Assembly: GCA_026023565.1 (NCBI GenBank)
Contig: JAPETS010000011.1
Span: forward strand, 62,001-126,000
DNA length: 64,000 nt
From: Cirrosporium novae-zelandiae
Taxonomy: Eukaryota
Direction: 5' to 3'
Positions 48,777 through 61,774 of the stretch are shown here, one piece after another. A program made the position numbers and the translations under genes. The first letter of the stretch is position 1. The number at the start of each line of letters is the position of its first letter. Under the pieces are notes generated by a model. That model made no database searches. It was not told the DNA's origin and saw nothing but the letters and a program-made list of their open reading frames with translations.

Positions 48777-49153
48777 TTTCGATATGGTAGAAGATTAAGA
48801 ATTGAAGAAGCGCAGGTAGCGCTGGTGAAAGGTATAGAGCAAACCTTCGAGGCTGCTGATAGAATAAAAGAATGTAGTGTGTATGAGTTGTTTAAAAGGA
48901 TGAATATAGAATGAGTTATGGAGTTGAGAGCTGTAGGGAGGTATACGTAAGTTGTGGAGAGATATACCTAGTTGCTTTTTAGTCCAAGAAGCTGTGAACA
49001 CCAAGACTACTAAATGTTTGCATCTAGTGCAAACAGTCCCAAGTAGTAGTCGTTCCAAGTTCAGTGGACTCTATAGGCCTCGGGCTTCGAATTCTAGGCC
49101 TCAAGGCTTAGAAAAAGTTTGCAACTACAATTACTGTTTTTATAAACGTTGAT

Positions 49154-51764
49154 ATGTCTATATGCTGGAGCTGTCGACTCCAACTCTTGCAGTTGCATTC
49201 TAGTCGAGCGTATCATCTCCAACTTGCATCGTATGTCAGATCAAATTTTCAACGGCGTCGTCTCAACACCTCCGTCTCTGCCGCCGTTGATACAGCACCC
49301 ACACCCCCCGAACATGAATTAGATGATAGTTGGGAGTATCCTGAAGAGGATAATTCGAATGGCGAACCGCACAACAATGATCATAATGAACCAGACGAAT
49401 CTTTGTTACAGACACATGAACTCATATGGGATAAAAAATCATGGGGAAAACACCTTTCCTTGGAACGGCCTCGTACTGATAGTGATGGCCATGAGTTACC
49501 GTTCCAAATTTTAGGGAAGCAAGCTGAATTTCTTGTGATACGAGATGAAAATAAAAAACGAGGAAGGCCACGGACTCGGCACATTGCTGAAAAACCCAAA
49601 CCTGCGTTGACGAAGAAAATATCGGCGCTCTTGGTTCAAAATGGCCGGGAAGATCTATCATTTCAAGAGCATTTGGAGGAGATACGGTCTGCGGCATACA
49701 AGAACCCATTGACCCCCGCCGAATGGAAAGAGACAAGAAAGCTGGTATATGATAGTTTTTCGAACCATCAATTGAAAAATTACTTAAGGAACAATCCCCG
49801 CACGTCTATGCTACAACCAACCCCTTCTAAGCAGGAAGCAAAAGAAGCAGAAGGAGAAAAGCAAAATCTTCACAAGATGTATGTCCGAGCCACGGAATGG
49901 CATCCCGGTATAACTACATTTGGGCAACCACGGCCAAGTATTAAGACGATTATAAGGAAAGCCAATCATAGTCGGGATCTGACAGGTAAGATGGCTACTA
50001 CAGAGCGGATAATGCGACAATGCTGGGAGCTTTACCCAAAGGAAGAGGCTGAAGGGGAGCTTGAGATAACAGTTGGGGAGCTCGCACTGGGTTTTCTACT
50101 CCAAAAAACAAACACCGGTATGCGATAGCTTTTCACACCATCTGTCAGCGACTCGCTAATCCTTAGTAGGGGATTCTTTTTTATCTGCGTTAGCGACAAG
50201 GCATTATGTGAAAATCGATGTTTCTAAATCTCAATGTCTGATCCGCATAACTGCGTCCGAGGATGTCGCGGAGCTAGTTTGCGAGGAAATCAAAGATGCC
50301 ATCGGGCGTATAGCATACAAGGAAGTGAAACTCTCTTCCTTCTCTAGGAAGATGAAGGAGCGAATCCAGAAAGAACCAGAATGGGAAGAGAAAGTAAAGC
50401 AGACGATGAGTGCAAAGACTGGGACAATGGTCACATTCGATAAAAGATTTTTGACAATACATTACATGGGACCAAGTACCAGAGAAGCGGATGATGCCTT
50501 GAAAATTCTTCTACAAGACCTTTTTCGTGAGTCGTCAGAAGTGCTTTCTCAAGTATTATGGGCCACCGCCAACATGGTGGAGGGGGGGGCACTAAAATCC
50601 ATCCCGGTCCCACCGTCCAACGATCCATCAAACGAGCGTTGGTATAGGGTAGCTAATCAGCTCAAAATGGCTGCATCTTCTCCTAACCCGTTCTATGAGC
50701 TAGAAACCCCAGAGTTCGAACCCCATAACCTGTCAAAACTCCTCGGGGTCGGCGAGTTGCCGCCCAAGCTGGAGAGCACACTCCGGACCCGGGTGACGGC
50801 CATCCTAGGCCAAGTCCTACATCCACGACCGCCCGACGCTCAGGTGCCTCCCAACTTTTCTATCCCTAGCAATTTCCACATCAACACGACCCGCTCTACG
50901 CGTCTTTACCCTAACATCCCTTACACCCCACGACTACTACGAGGACTATCACCCTCTCCGACCCCCACAACCTCAACCACATATATCAACCTCCTCCACA
51001 ACCCCACTTCACTCACCACGCCCAAAGGCACTCCCAAGCCTCCCCCAATCACCCTCACCGTCTCCATGACGCCCCAACCACGCATCATCGCCGCCGAGGC
51101 CACCCTCGTCCGCAAGGCTATCGACCTGCTCCTCCCCGACTACTCCACGGACATCCGCCTCCTACGAGAGCTCTATCTCCCGCTAGACCCCTCCTCCATC
51201 GAGCTCTCATTCGCCGACTCGGAATTCTTCAACATCGACCCCTTCATCTTCGTAAACACGCCCGCGGCCCTCGTCTCCCCCAAGTCCAATCGCAAGAAAC
51301 CCGCACGGCTGGAATACTTCCTGAACTACATCGCCCACACATCTACTCTCCACACCAGCTTCAACGACCTACCGGTACAATTCGTAGAGGCCGCCAAGAC
51401 CGCGCGTGAGAGGGCCGGCTGGCGCGTTCTCCTCGAGCCTGAGCCTGAGCCTAACCCTGAATTCAACCCCGACCCCTCATCCTCAACCGAAATCCTATCC
51501 TCAAAAGTTCAACCAAAAGAACAACCTCAGGAGCAAACCCAAACCCAAACCCAACCCAAATCAAAAGAAGAAAAAAAGGAAGAAGAAGAAGAACGCTACA
51601 ACCGCCTCGCACTAACAGCATATGAACTAGTCCAAAAAGCACACGAACTTTCCTCTTCTCCCCTCCCCCCTCTCAACCTCCTAAAGGGGGAACCAAACAA
51701 ACAAAAAAATCCAAGGACATTAAAGTTCAGGGGGGACCGGTCGGTCGGTCGGAGCCGTGGGTGA
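49154..51764 (+). CDS. SLS1: Mitochondrial inner-membrane-bound regulator Sls1-like protein; ~853 aa, 2 exons (49154-50117, 50167-51764)
   Basis: Arg/Ser-rich presequence MSICWSCRLQLLQ..RR, and motifs ILGKQAEFLVIRD, LVYDSFSNHQLKNY and IMRQCWEL. The intron GTATGC..GCTAAT..TAG joins the two long ORFs in frame. The family call is from motif recall. Confidence 0.7.
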
Positions 51765-52437
51765 GTGAGTGAGTAGGTAGTAGGCAGGACAGATTTTATG
51801 TGGAGAAAGAAAGAAAGAAAAACAGTATGGTATTATAGAAGAGATGTTGATTGAATGAATGCCGGTGGATATGTATATTTGGCATGTATGATAAGAAAAA
51901 AAAACTATCTGAATGATTGTTAGAATAATTAGGTTTGCATGTGGCAGCCGAACTGCATGCACTCATCTTTTTTACTGGGAATAATTCTCCGTATATGCAT
52001 GTTTTCTAAAGTTAGAAATTCGCTTCGCTATTACCACAGTAACACAATGGTTTGTTTTTAATCGAGTAATAGCGACGATCCGCGCCTCGAGGAAGAAATC
52101 ATTGGGAAGAGAGACTGAAGAGGCTTTTATTCGAATCTAAACTAACACAAAAGAGAGGTCCTCCATATCGCAGATCCGACCTGCCTTCCTCGTAGTCACA
52201 TTTCATTCGTGGGGCTCAAAACTTGTAATATGATTTTTCTCTCAAGTGTCCTTTCATCGCTGAAGGGAAGAAATTAAAGGAGGCGAACTAGAAAAATGGA
52301 AAAAGGAAAGAGGGAGGATGTAGATACCCCTCGCTATTCCTGGATCTATGCTGTCAAGTGGAGCAATCGCATCTTGTCTCCACCCACCTGATATTCCAAT
52401 TACCCGGTATTGAACAATACGCAATAAGAAGGCAATA

Positions 52438-53532
52438 TCAGAAAGTCTCCTGATCGTCGATCGGTGCTGCTTCGGTTCCCTCTGGTATCTCGAATCCTTC
52501 CTGTATTTCCGACATCAATATGTGATTTCAAGCCTGTCGTAGTCCGTTTACACCTACCTCGGTCGAATATAGAATGCCCTGGATGTGTTTCACCAGTCCA
52601 TTATCATCCTTGTCAATTTCTGGGTCCTCTTCGAGGGCATTCTGAATTAATAATTCAATATCCCTCAACTTGCTGAAGTAAAAGTCCCTCTCTCGTTCAA
52701 GCCCTGCAACAGTTTCCTTTAGCGTAGTGTTTTCGTGTTGCAAAGCTGCCGATGCTGCACCACCACCTGCGGCACCTCTAACTCTTCCTCCCCCGCTCGG
52801 TGTAGCTCCTCTTCTTGCAGCACTAGATGTAGCACGAGGCCCGCCGCTGCTGGCAGGAGCTCCAGATCCCTTTCTTCGAGCCATAGCATCGTATTCGCCG
52901 CCAGGATAGTACTGGTCCCAGTATTTCTTTGTCCACTGAAGGAATTCTAGGTTATCCTGCATTTTGCACTTGACAAGGGCTTGAACGGGAACAGGGTGAT
53001 CGACTTGGTGGCGAGTGAAGGCGTCTGGGAAACGTCAACTTGGCATCTTATGGAAATTTAGCCAAAGGTCGAGACGCTTACTCTGGAGAACCTTGAAATT
53101 GTTGATGTACTGATATTCGGTATTAACATTGAATTTGACTCTCGACATCGGTAGATCCACTGCAAAGATTTATCTTAGTATCATCTCGAATAAAGTACCG
53201 TACATCCCCAATGGTTGCTTACTGTAGATGGAATCAAATATCTGGCAGTACGCCGCCCTATAAATCCACCACTATATTAGCCAACTCAAAGTTCATCTTA
53301 GATTTGCTATTTGAACCACAGTCATCGACGACTAGACACGACGGGGCGGAGCTCGCGGCGGGTAGAGTATTGCGTACCCGGTTCCGCATTGTTCGACCTT
53401 GGTAACATTAAGCTGGAGTAGATTATTGAGCCATGCGAGCAGCTCTTGCCTATTCAACAGTAAAAATCAGCATACTGAATTTTTTTTAGAGAGCACGATA
53501 GCGTAGCCTTATACATACCGAGATTCACCCAT
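52438..53532 (-). CDS. BIM1: Microtubule plus-end binding protein EB1 (Bim1/Mal3); 242 aa, 6 exons (53532-53519, 53449-53378, 53257-53223, 53159-53082, 53024-52558, 52500-52438)
   Basis: Spliced product reads MGESRQELLAWLNNLLQLNVTKVEQCGTGAAYCQIFDSIY..KCKMQDNLEFLQW (CH domain), LERERDFYFSKLRDIE (EB1 domain) and C-terminal QETF. All five introns are GT-AG and phase-consistent. Confidence 0.96.
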
Positions 53533-54707
53533 AGTGGGGTTCAAGGAGGGGAGTAAATGGCCAAAGGGTCTGGGCTTGAAAATCTGTACAGGAGGCAGGA
53601 TAACGAAGAGAATGCGATCCCAAAGCAACACCTGTCCTCTAAAAATGAGGATGTTGTGAAAGACGAAGATAAGAGTAAGATACTAAAAACTGGGACTTTT
53701 TATGTTTGTTGTGGTTTCTGTCTTTTGTCGTTAATTCATCCCGAACTATGCCAAGACAGCGGCCAATCAGTACGCGACTTCCATTTACATATTTTATACA
53801 AATCCGAGGTCTGCTCTCACTAAATTCACAGACCTCCTGTCTATAAGAAATGCCATTCAGTTGCCCCTGTCCTCTTTTGAATATCTACATCATCATTATT
53901 ACTGAACATTTCTTCAATATAAAAAGTTGCTCTTTCGTCTCATTATCTTGGACCGGCTTTCCCGGCATCTCCTTTCTTGCTTTTTCTGAATTGTGATTTA
54001 TTGGTATTTCTTTTTTTCTTCAAAGAGGATCCCTATCACAATAATTAGTATCAGGTTTGGGCTACTGTGAAAACCCTTTGGCAGGCACCCTATCCCCTGA
54101 CACGGGTTTCCTATTCCCGTAACCCCTATTTACAGAGCTGGAGTAATCGTTTCCTCTATCCGCTGATACTGTCTAAATCAGCAAATGCCTCCCCTTATAT
54201 TCCCCAGACAGTCTGATGCCCAACAGAAACACATAATGAAAGATTAGGTAGCAGTTTAAATATCTAACGAATACAGGCTCCTATTGAAGGGCGCCTCCTA
54301 TGGCCAACACATAAAATGGACAATGACTTATTGATATGAGTCGGAGGAGTATTTCAGTTGAAGTAGTGTTCATTCCCAAGCTCTAGCTTGGAATAAAACT
54401 GCACTGCTACAGATGCTCCTCCTCCTGAGAACGATCCATCCTCTACTCTGATTCTTATGCAGACTTAGAAAAAAGCCCATCTAGAACAACCGATTTATCA
54501 GCATACCACAAGGTCGCCCCTCCCCCCTTAAACCCACCAACCCTCAGAAACCCCAGTCCTACCCTACCCTCACCATCTACAAAAAATATCTTATACGTCA
54601 CCCATACAACCAATACCCCCCCAACCCATCCACTCACTACTCATCCGCACACCAACAAAACCCTCGGCACCACCCCAAAAAGCCCCATCCCCTCGCATCC
54701 ATCCACC

Positions 54708-54942
54708 ATGCCCACTCTAACTCCCACCAATTCCTCCGACTATATCCAGTTCCAAGAAATCCAACAACCCCTCAGGAACTCGACCCCTTCTCCTCCTCCT
54801 CCTTCTTCCCTCTTCCTCTTCTGAAGAAACAGAAGAAGAAGCAGTATCCATCCGCACCAAAGGCTATTTCTGGCGGGTGATTGTGGAGTTTTTGGTTAAA
54901 TTTATTAGGGATAATCCGTTTAAATCGAATCATTATGCGTGA
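54708..54942 (+). pseudogene. Small ORF (77 aa if one extra C near 54810 is removed); frameshifted gene or assembly error
   Basis: CCACCATG start context. The frame continues after a 1-nt shift in the TCT/TCC repeat into EETEEEAVSIRTKGYFWRVIVEFLVKFIRDNPFKSNHYA*. Confidence 0.4.
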
Positions 54943-54974
54943 GGGGGATGGGGTGGAGGAAGGGAATAAGGAGG

Positions 54975-55370
54975 GATGATAACGATGAAAAAAAATCGAA
55001 AGAATATTTTCTTCCCTCTTCCCTCCCTTCTAGAAGGTCTTAACTCCTCTAGATTTTAAACCGTGATAGCTATTCCAATTCCTACTTCCTTTATACCCAT
55101 ATCTATCAATAATATCCAACTAACCCTCCTCTATCCTATGAGGTTAGGGGGGCTGGGGTCACTAGCTGCCCGGACTCTTTCTGATGATGATGTTGATACG
55201 GAAATGGAATGAGGATGGAATGAGGATGAAATGAGTATTGTATGAATGGATGTATGATAACGATGAAAATCGAAAGAAAGAATATTTTTTCCCTCCCTTT
55301 CCTCCCTGCTAGAAAGGTTTTTACCCCCCCCTAGATTTTAAATTTAAAGCATGATAGCTATAGCTATTTT
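54975..55370 (+). repeat. Diverged direct duplication, ~100-bp core (54975-55075 and 55254-55369)
   Basis: Shared collinear blocks ATGATAACGATGAAAA..TCGAAAGAA..TATTTT..CCCTCCC..CTAGAA..GG..CTAGATTTTAAA..TGATAGCTAT. Confidence 0.8.
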
Positions 55371-58300
55371 TATTTCCCTCATCAATGATAACCCCCACCC
55401 CTTCATCATCTCCTAGGACCTAAAAAAAAAAACCTCTCCCGGTCAAAGACCCCAACCGTCCCCATCCCAAAAAAACAATTCTCCAAAACGGTCCAAGTCC
55501 AGTGCATGTAACAGAAATAGAAATAAGAAACGCACACGCAAGAGTCATGATATGAAAAAGCGGGTCCATCCATATGGAATATCAAAACGGATTATCAAAC
55601 GGACTATAAAACGGATACAGTAACTGTAACTGTCTCGATGGTCTTGGGATGGAAAGAAAAATGGGGGTGGGGCCGGGATGAGGGAGATGGAGTTTCCGCT
55701 TCCCTCGCTTTGGGGTAAGGAAGGAGGGAAAAGTGTTGGGAGGAGTAGTAATAATGGAGTTGGTTGGTTAGGTATTGCTATTGTTATGTGTAGGTAGGTA
55801 GGTAGGTAGAAGTGGGGGGTTACGAACGAACAAAGGTGTATGATGGATTGTTTTTTTTTGTTGTTGTTGTTGGCTTCGTCTCTTTACATGGTATTGATAT
55901 ATTGATAGATAGTTAGAATGGGAGGAATGGATAGATGGATGGATGAATTACTGCAAAGATATCCACGTACTTACTTCGCTATAATCCTTTTTACTACTTT
56001 TCCTATTCTATTCTATCCTATTCTATTTTTTCTGAAGTCCTAACCCCCTATAGGACATTATATATATTTCAATCGATCGTTAGTTAGGAATAATTTATTT
56101 AGTCACGAACCGTGGTTATATAAATAGACAGATAGATATAGTCAAAGTAGGTAGGTGGGTGGGTATAGGCAGGAAAGGAAACTTAAAATTGCTATGTAGA
56201 TATATAGATATATATACATACCTGTGGCTGACTCTCTGGAGGAGGAGGGAGAACTTAGAAAGCGGGATAGAATATAATATATAATTCTACTGTGCTCGAT
56301 ACTAAAATAAATAAGAGTGTACACTTTATTTTTTTATATGGATTTTCTGGTTTTATATATAGAATCTCGTTTTTCTTCTGGAGTTGATGCTGTGATTTGG
56401 TTGTATATATGTATCCTACTGGGGTGTATGGCTTGCCCTTCTTCCGGTCGGGTTAGGTCACTATTACTATCCTTTAAGTCGGGTCTTCGTTTGGTGTGTG
56501 GGGTTTTATCTATCTAGTATAGATGATTCTGTTATTGGGGTATAGAAGGTGGGCGACTGGCTATTGCTATGGATAGGGTATATAGGGGGTGGGATATGGG
56601 CACGACCTTGCTAGTTTAATGTTAATAAGTTGTTAGATATTGGCTATAAACTATGTATAGCGTGAGATGGAAAGAAAGAAAGAAAATTAGCTAGGTTAGT
56701 AGGAACACGTGTGAGAAACTTTCGATTGATGGTTTGGCCAGGTATGTATTTATTGATGAACAGACAGACAGAGAGACAGAAAGTCTATAACAAATGCGAA
56801 GAAATTTCGACCACGAAAAATAATGGCCTCTTTTCTCATAATCATACCAGAGATGCCGTTACTGTTAGTTGGATATTTAAAACCATCTCGGCTTTCTTTC
56901 TCAATAGGTAGTAGGGGGGTCCGTGACAATAATCTGCATAAAATTTTCTGGTCCTTGGATGGGGGATTTTCTGATGCCGGGTAGACTTGGGAGGGGAGGA
57001 TAATTGTGACAGATTGTTTATAGCTGAAAAGGTAAAAGGCCTACCGATTTATCATGAGAAATTATTAACTGGTTTGCGGATTAGACTAGCTGTGAAGGTC
57101 AGCCTGCCTTGTGGGTATTCTGTTCCGCGTAGTCGATCCATCAGGATGTTTACAGTCAATGGCTAGTTCACTTGTACTTGGGAGGAACAATCTGACTGCT
57201 AGTTCGTAGTTATCTTCCTAATGATGGTCGTATCGGTGGTAGTACCGACTGTCTCATATTCAGGAGTGATAACTATCATTGCCGTTGCGTTAGCCTACCT
57301 GTTTGTGATATCCATGGACATATACTGGCAGAAGTGGTAGATAGTAGCGAGGATGCCTAGAACCCCTTCGACGGAGTGGGATATAGCCTAAGCCATGCCA
57401 ACCTCTGATAGTTTAATGACAGTTTCCGTGGGCGGTGTCAGTGTTAGAGGAGAAGCAAATTTCACAGCCACCAGCGACCTAGAATTCTCTTTTATTGTCA
57501 CCAACGTGGGAGATAAACTGATTAGGATATTTCGGGGATGAGATTAGCACATCATGTCTGAAAATGAAATGACCAGCTGATATCTGTAGGTCTATCTTCC
57601 ATCCCGCATTCCCTAGACGTTCAGCCATCCGCCAACTTTATAGCATTGCTGATGTCAAATTTATACCCCGAGGAAAACCGTCTCGTTTAACTTGGATGCC
57701 TCTTGACATCTGATCCGGTATAAATGGACATGTGACTAGATTATTGTTGAGAGAACAAATCCTATGCCTGGGTTGATAGAGGATTTGGTGGAACGATGAA
57801 GATCAATTTGATTCTGGTGTTGGACAAGCCAAAGGTTGTGCCATAGGTGAAATGACGGGATGAGAAGAGGTGGAGATAAGGAGTGCCAACTGGAATATCA
57901 GAGGCTGGCCTTCGTTGATCTGGGGTTAATCTGGGGTTGTATTTCACAAGGAAGCCGAGAATGCAAGCCACTTCAAAGGGTTGGATCTTTGCTGTTGAAC
58001 AACTTCAGCTATTTTCCCGTGTGAGCTTATATTATGGTTATTGGCGATTCAATTTCGAGCCTAGTGCGTCATCATGACAGGATAGAAGGGGAATCTTTCT
58101 ATTGTGCCGCTGAGAGCAATATAAATGTACCTTTTAAAGGTGATCTTTAGTGGCATTGTCCTAGGTCGTTCCTCGTCAACTCTCGATGTTGAACAAAGGA
58201 GCGGCCTGATATTTTTCCTCCCCACTCCAACACCCTTATCTAGTCCAGGCCACCCTCCAGCCAGTAAAGTATCATGGATAACAAGAGGAAGATTTAAATT

Positions 58301-59054
58301 GTGATATAACGTCTCACGCGGGCCGGCAGGTAGCATGCTCCTGTAGGAAACGTGGTGGCGCTAAAGGCGGCAAGGCCGACGGCAGCGACCAGGGGGCGTT
58401 GATGGTTTGATATTCTTGCAGACTGGCACATTGCTTGTTTCTTCCAGATTTTGTATCTTTATCAAGTAGGTAGCCATGGCTCGTGCGCGGTTAATGCAGT
58501 TGATTTTTTGGTTTTACATTATTGTGGCAAGTGCGTAATGAGGGGTAGAAGACCTCGTCAGCTGTTTTAAAGGTTTTTCTTATTTTTTTATTTTATTTTT
58601 TTGAAGTTGAGTTGGAGGTGGGATGTCAGGTAATGGGAGGATGTTAGGTAATGAATGTCATGTCATACAAGATGGAAAAAAAAGAGGAATTAATTTCTTG
58701 TTCCTGCATCTCATCAAGCTCAAGGTTGATATTCGGAGAGGCGTTTAGGATTCAGGGAGAATTAGCTTTCTGACTCTAGAAGCTAATGTGAATTAATTAA
58801 TTATGTATTTGTCCATTTGCCATGTTTGGTGAAACGGATACGTTGAGTGGTTGATAATAATCTGATTGTCTGATTGTGCAGATTATGCAGAAAGAGTTTC
58901 ACACTAAGACTAATGGGGGTTAATTTGTAACCTATCGGGAATATCCTTGGTGCCCCTTGCAGGAGATCTCAAACGGGTTCTTTTTCATCAGAACAGAACA
59001 TGGAGTCCATTGGAACTAGATTACGTCAAATGCATCTTTTGATTACGGGTTCTC

Positions 59055-59092
59055 ATGGCTTGGATGGCTTGGATGGCTTGGATGGCTTGGAT
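59055..59092. repeat. (ATGGCTTGG)x4 minisatellite
   Basis: Read directly. Confidence 0.92.
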
Positions 59093-59824
59093 AGTTCGGC
59101 CTGTACCTTGACTGAACCTTGACTTTTACCTTAGATGAGACAAACTCTATACAAAATACCCCTCAGCACTGGTCCATCCATAGTCCATTCACAGCACCCA
59201 CACCAACTCATCCAACATATCCCCAATACGCAGCATGACCTTCAAACAGTTAATGCTCCCTTCCATGATATTCATTGTGTTCCTTGATTTTTCTTGGTTC
59301 ATAACACTTCTAGTAATAATTAATCTATAGTATCATGTGTCTGGTAAATAAGGCCCGTTCAGCTAACTAACCTTCATTAATTTTTTTAACCTTCCTTTTG
59401 GTCCCAAATTCCATCTCCCTCCATTATCTGTCCTGGGTTGTTCCTTTAACATCCCCAGCGTCAACAAAACACTCATCACTCTCAAATTCTCTTCTTTTCA
59501 CTTCTTTACTTCTTATCCCACTCCTCTCCACTCATCTTTTTTTTTTCAACATCCAGGGTTCCTAGTCACCCACATTCATTCTTAACTTCAGCAGCATCAA
59601 AGTCTGCTATTCTTCCTTCTTGTCTAGATCTCCCCCGGCTTTTACATTCCATTCTATCAAATAAACTCAGACTGGTCTGAGCATACCTTACATTGACACT
59701 CATCTCTTCTTTCGTCTCAATAACCCAGTCTGCTCTGTGGGCAATTTAACTTAGCTTCTCCAAATTAGGGCTTTCTTCACTTACCTTTCCATCCTTCAAT
59801 TTCATCACACTTGCCATTATCAAC

Positions 59825-61774
59825 ATGCAACAGGCGTGGTTCTATTCTTTGGCCTTTGCCTGTTTCTTACATGGAGCATTTGGGGAAGGGGGTTCGGGAG
59901 GAGGAGGAGGAGGAGGTGGTGGTGGTGGAAAAAGCAGCGCCGCCGAAGCCGCTGAAGCAGCAGCAGAAGCACATGCCGAATACTTGAATGACAGCTTTGG
60001 GCACGATGTATTGATTGCTCTGGGATCCGTGGCTATTGCCGTCGTTATCGTCAATATCATCCTTCATACCGCTCGATACGTTCGCCATCTAGCATGTCTT
60101 GGTGCTACCAATACCCAGCGCTACTTCCTGGTGCCAAATATGACCTGGGCTAAGATCAAGGAACATATTTTGTACGCACCCTTATTCCGAACCAGACACA
60201 ATCGCGAGTTCCATCTATCTTCCGCTCTAAGTATGGGAACTCTCCCGACACGTTTCCAGTCCCTCTTCATTTGTGGTATTGTGGGTATGAATGTTGCCTA
60301 TTGTGTAACCTACATTGATTGGCATACCGAGGCCACAGAATACTTGGGAGCTCTCCGTAATCGCAGTGGAACCATCGCCGTCGTCAATTTGATCCCGCTT
60401 TTTGTGATGGCGGCTCGCAACAACCCTTTGATCCAAGGGCTGGGCATCTCTTTTGATACATTTAATTTGATGCATCGTTGGCTCGGTCGCATTATTGTCG
60501 TTGAAGCCCTTGTCCATACATTTGCATGGATTTCATCTGAAGTTATAGAGAGTAAGTGGAGCTGCCGAAATTAAACAAGTATTATGGTTAACTGATCTCG
60601 CAGCTGGGTCTTGGAGTGCTGTGGGGATGGCTATCAAGTATTCATCCTTTATTATGACTGGTCTTCTGGTTTGTCGACTGTTCTTTCGTCTAAAGTTATC
60701 CTGTTAATCGTAATTTAGGGCACCGTAGGATTTACGGCACTTCTTCTCCACTCTCCGTCAGCTATTCGACATGCGTTCTACGAGACTTTCCTACATCTGC
60801 ACATTGCTTTTGTCATTCTCGCTTTGGTTGGCGTCTGGATTCATCTGGATGGCTTCGGCCAGCAACAATATGTGCTTAACGCGATAATCATTTGGGCCAT
60901 TGAACGTTTTACTCGGTTTGCCTTGATTATGTATCGCAATGTCGGTTCTGGCGGCACCAAGGCGGTTGTGGAAACCCTCCCCGGAGATGCCTTGAAGGTT
61001 ACGCTGAAAACAGCCCGCCCATGGACCTTCAAACCAGGCCAGCATATCTATTTATACATGCCAAGCGTTGGCCTATGGACATCTCATCCTTTCTCCCTCG
61101 CCTGGAGCGAAGAGACCGAGGAACTTTACGCGGAGAAAGGCATTCCTATGGCCCATCAGGATGTCCTATCTAGCCGTAAGGCGCAAACATCGCTCATTAT
61201 CCGCCGCCGTACAGGGTTTACGAATACACTCTTTAACAAGGCAGAAAAGAACAACGGCCTTTACACTGCCACGGCCTTCGTCGAGGGGCCGTATGGTGGC
61301 GTCGAAACTCTCCACTCCTACGGCACCGTCATGCTTTTTGCAGGCGGTGTCGGTGTAACGCATCAGGTTCCTCATGTTCGCGACCTTGTCGCTGGTTACG
61401 CTAATGGTACCGTCGCAACTCGAAAGGTCGTCCTCGTCTGGGTCATTCAAAACCCTGAGCATCTCGAATGGATTCGACCCTGGATGACAGCCATTCTTGC
61501 CATGGAAAATCGCCGAGATATTCTGAAAATTATGCTCTTCGTGACACGCCCGCGTTCGACGAAGGAAATTCACAGTCCTAGCGCGACTGTGCAGATGTTC
61601 CCAGGGAGACCCAACATCGACACGTTGGTGCAGATGGAAAGTGAAACCCAGGTTGGAGCAATGGCGGTTACAGTATGCGGCACAGGTGCACTAAGTGACG
61701 ATGTGAGGCGGGCCGTGAGGAAGAGGCAAGGCCATACGAATATTGACTTTGTGGAGGAGTCGTTTTCTTGGTAG
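59825..61774 (+). CDS. Ferric/cupric reductase transmembrane component (FRE family); 615 aa, 3 exons (59825-60551, 60604-60668, 60719-61774)
   Basis: Heme-His motifs FNLMHRWLGR..H and RHAFYETFLHLH, FAD motif PGQH..SHPFS, NADPH motifs VEGPYG, AGGVGVT and VCG..L.DDVR..EESFSW. Two GT-AG introns join in phase. Confidence 0.93.

Noticed and set aside
53763..53777. CCAAT plus ACGCGA (MCB-like) upstream of BIM1
   Set aside because: A single imperfect short motif is expected by chance.
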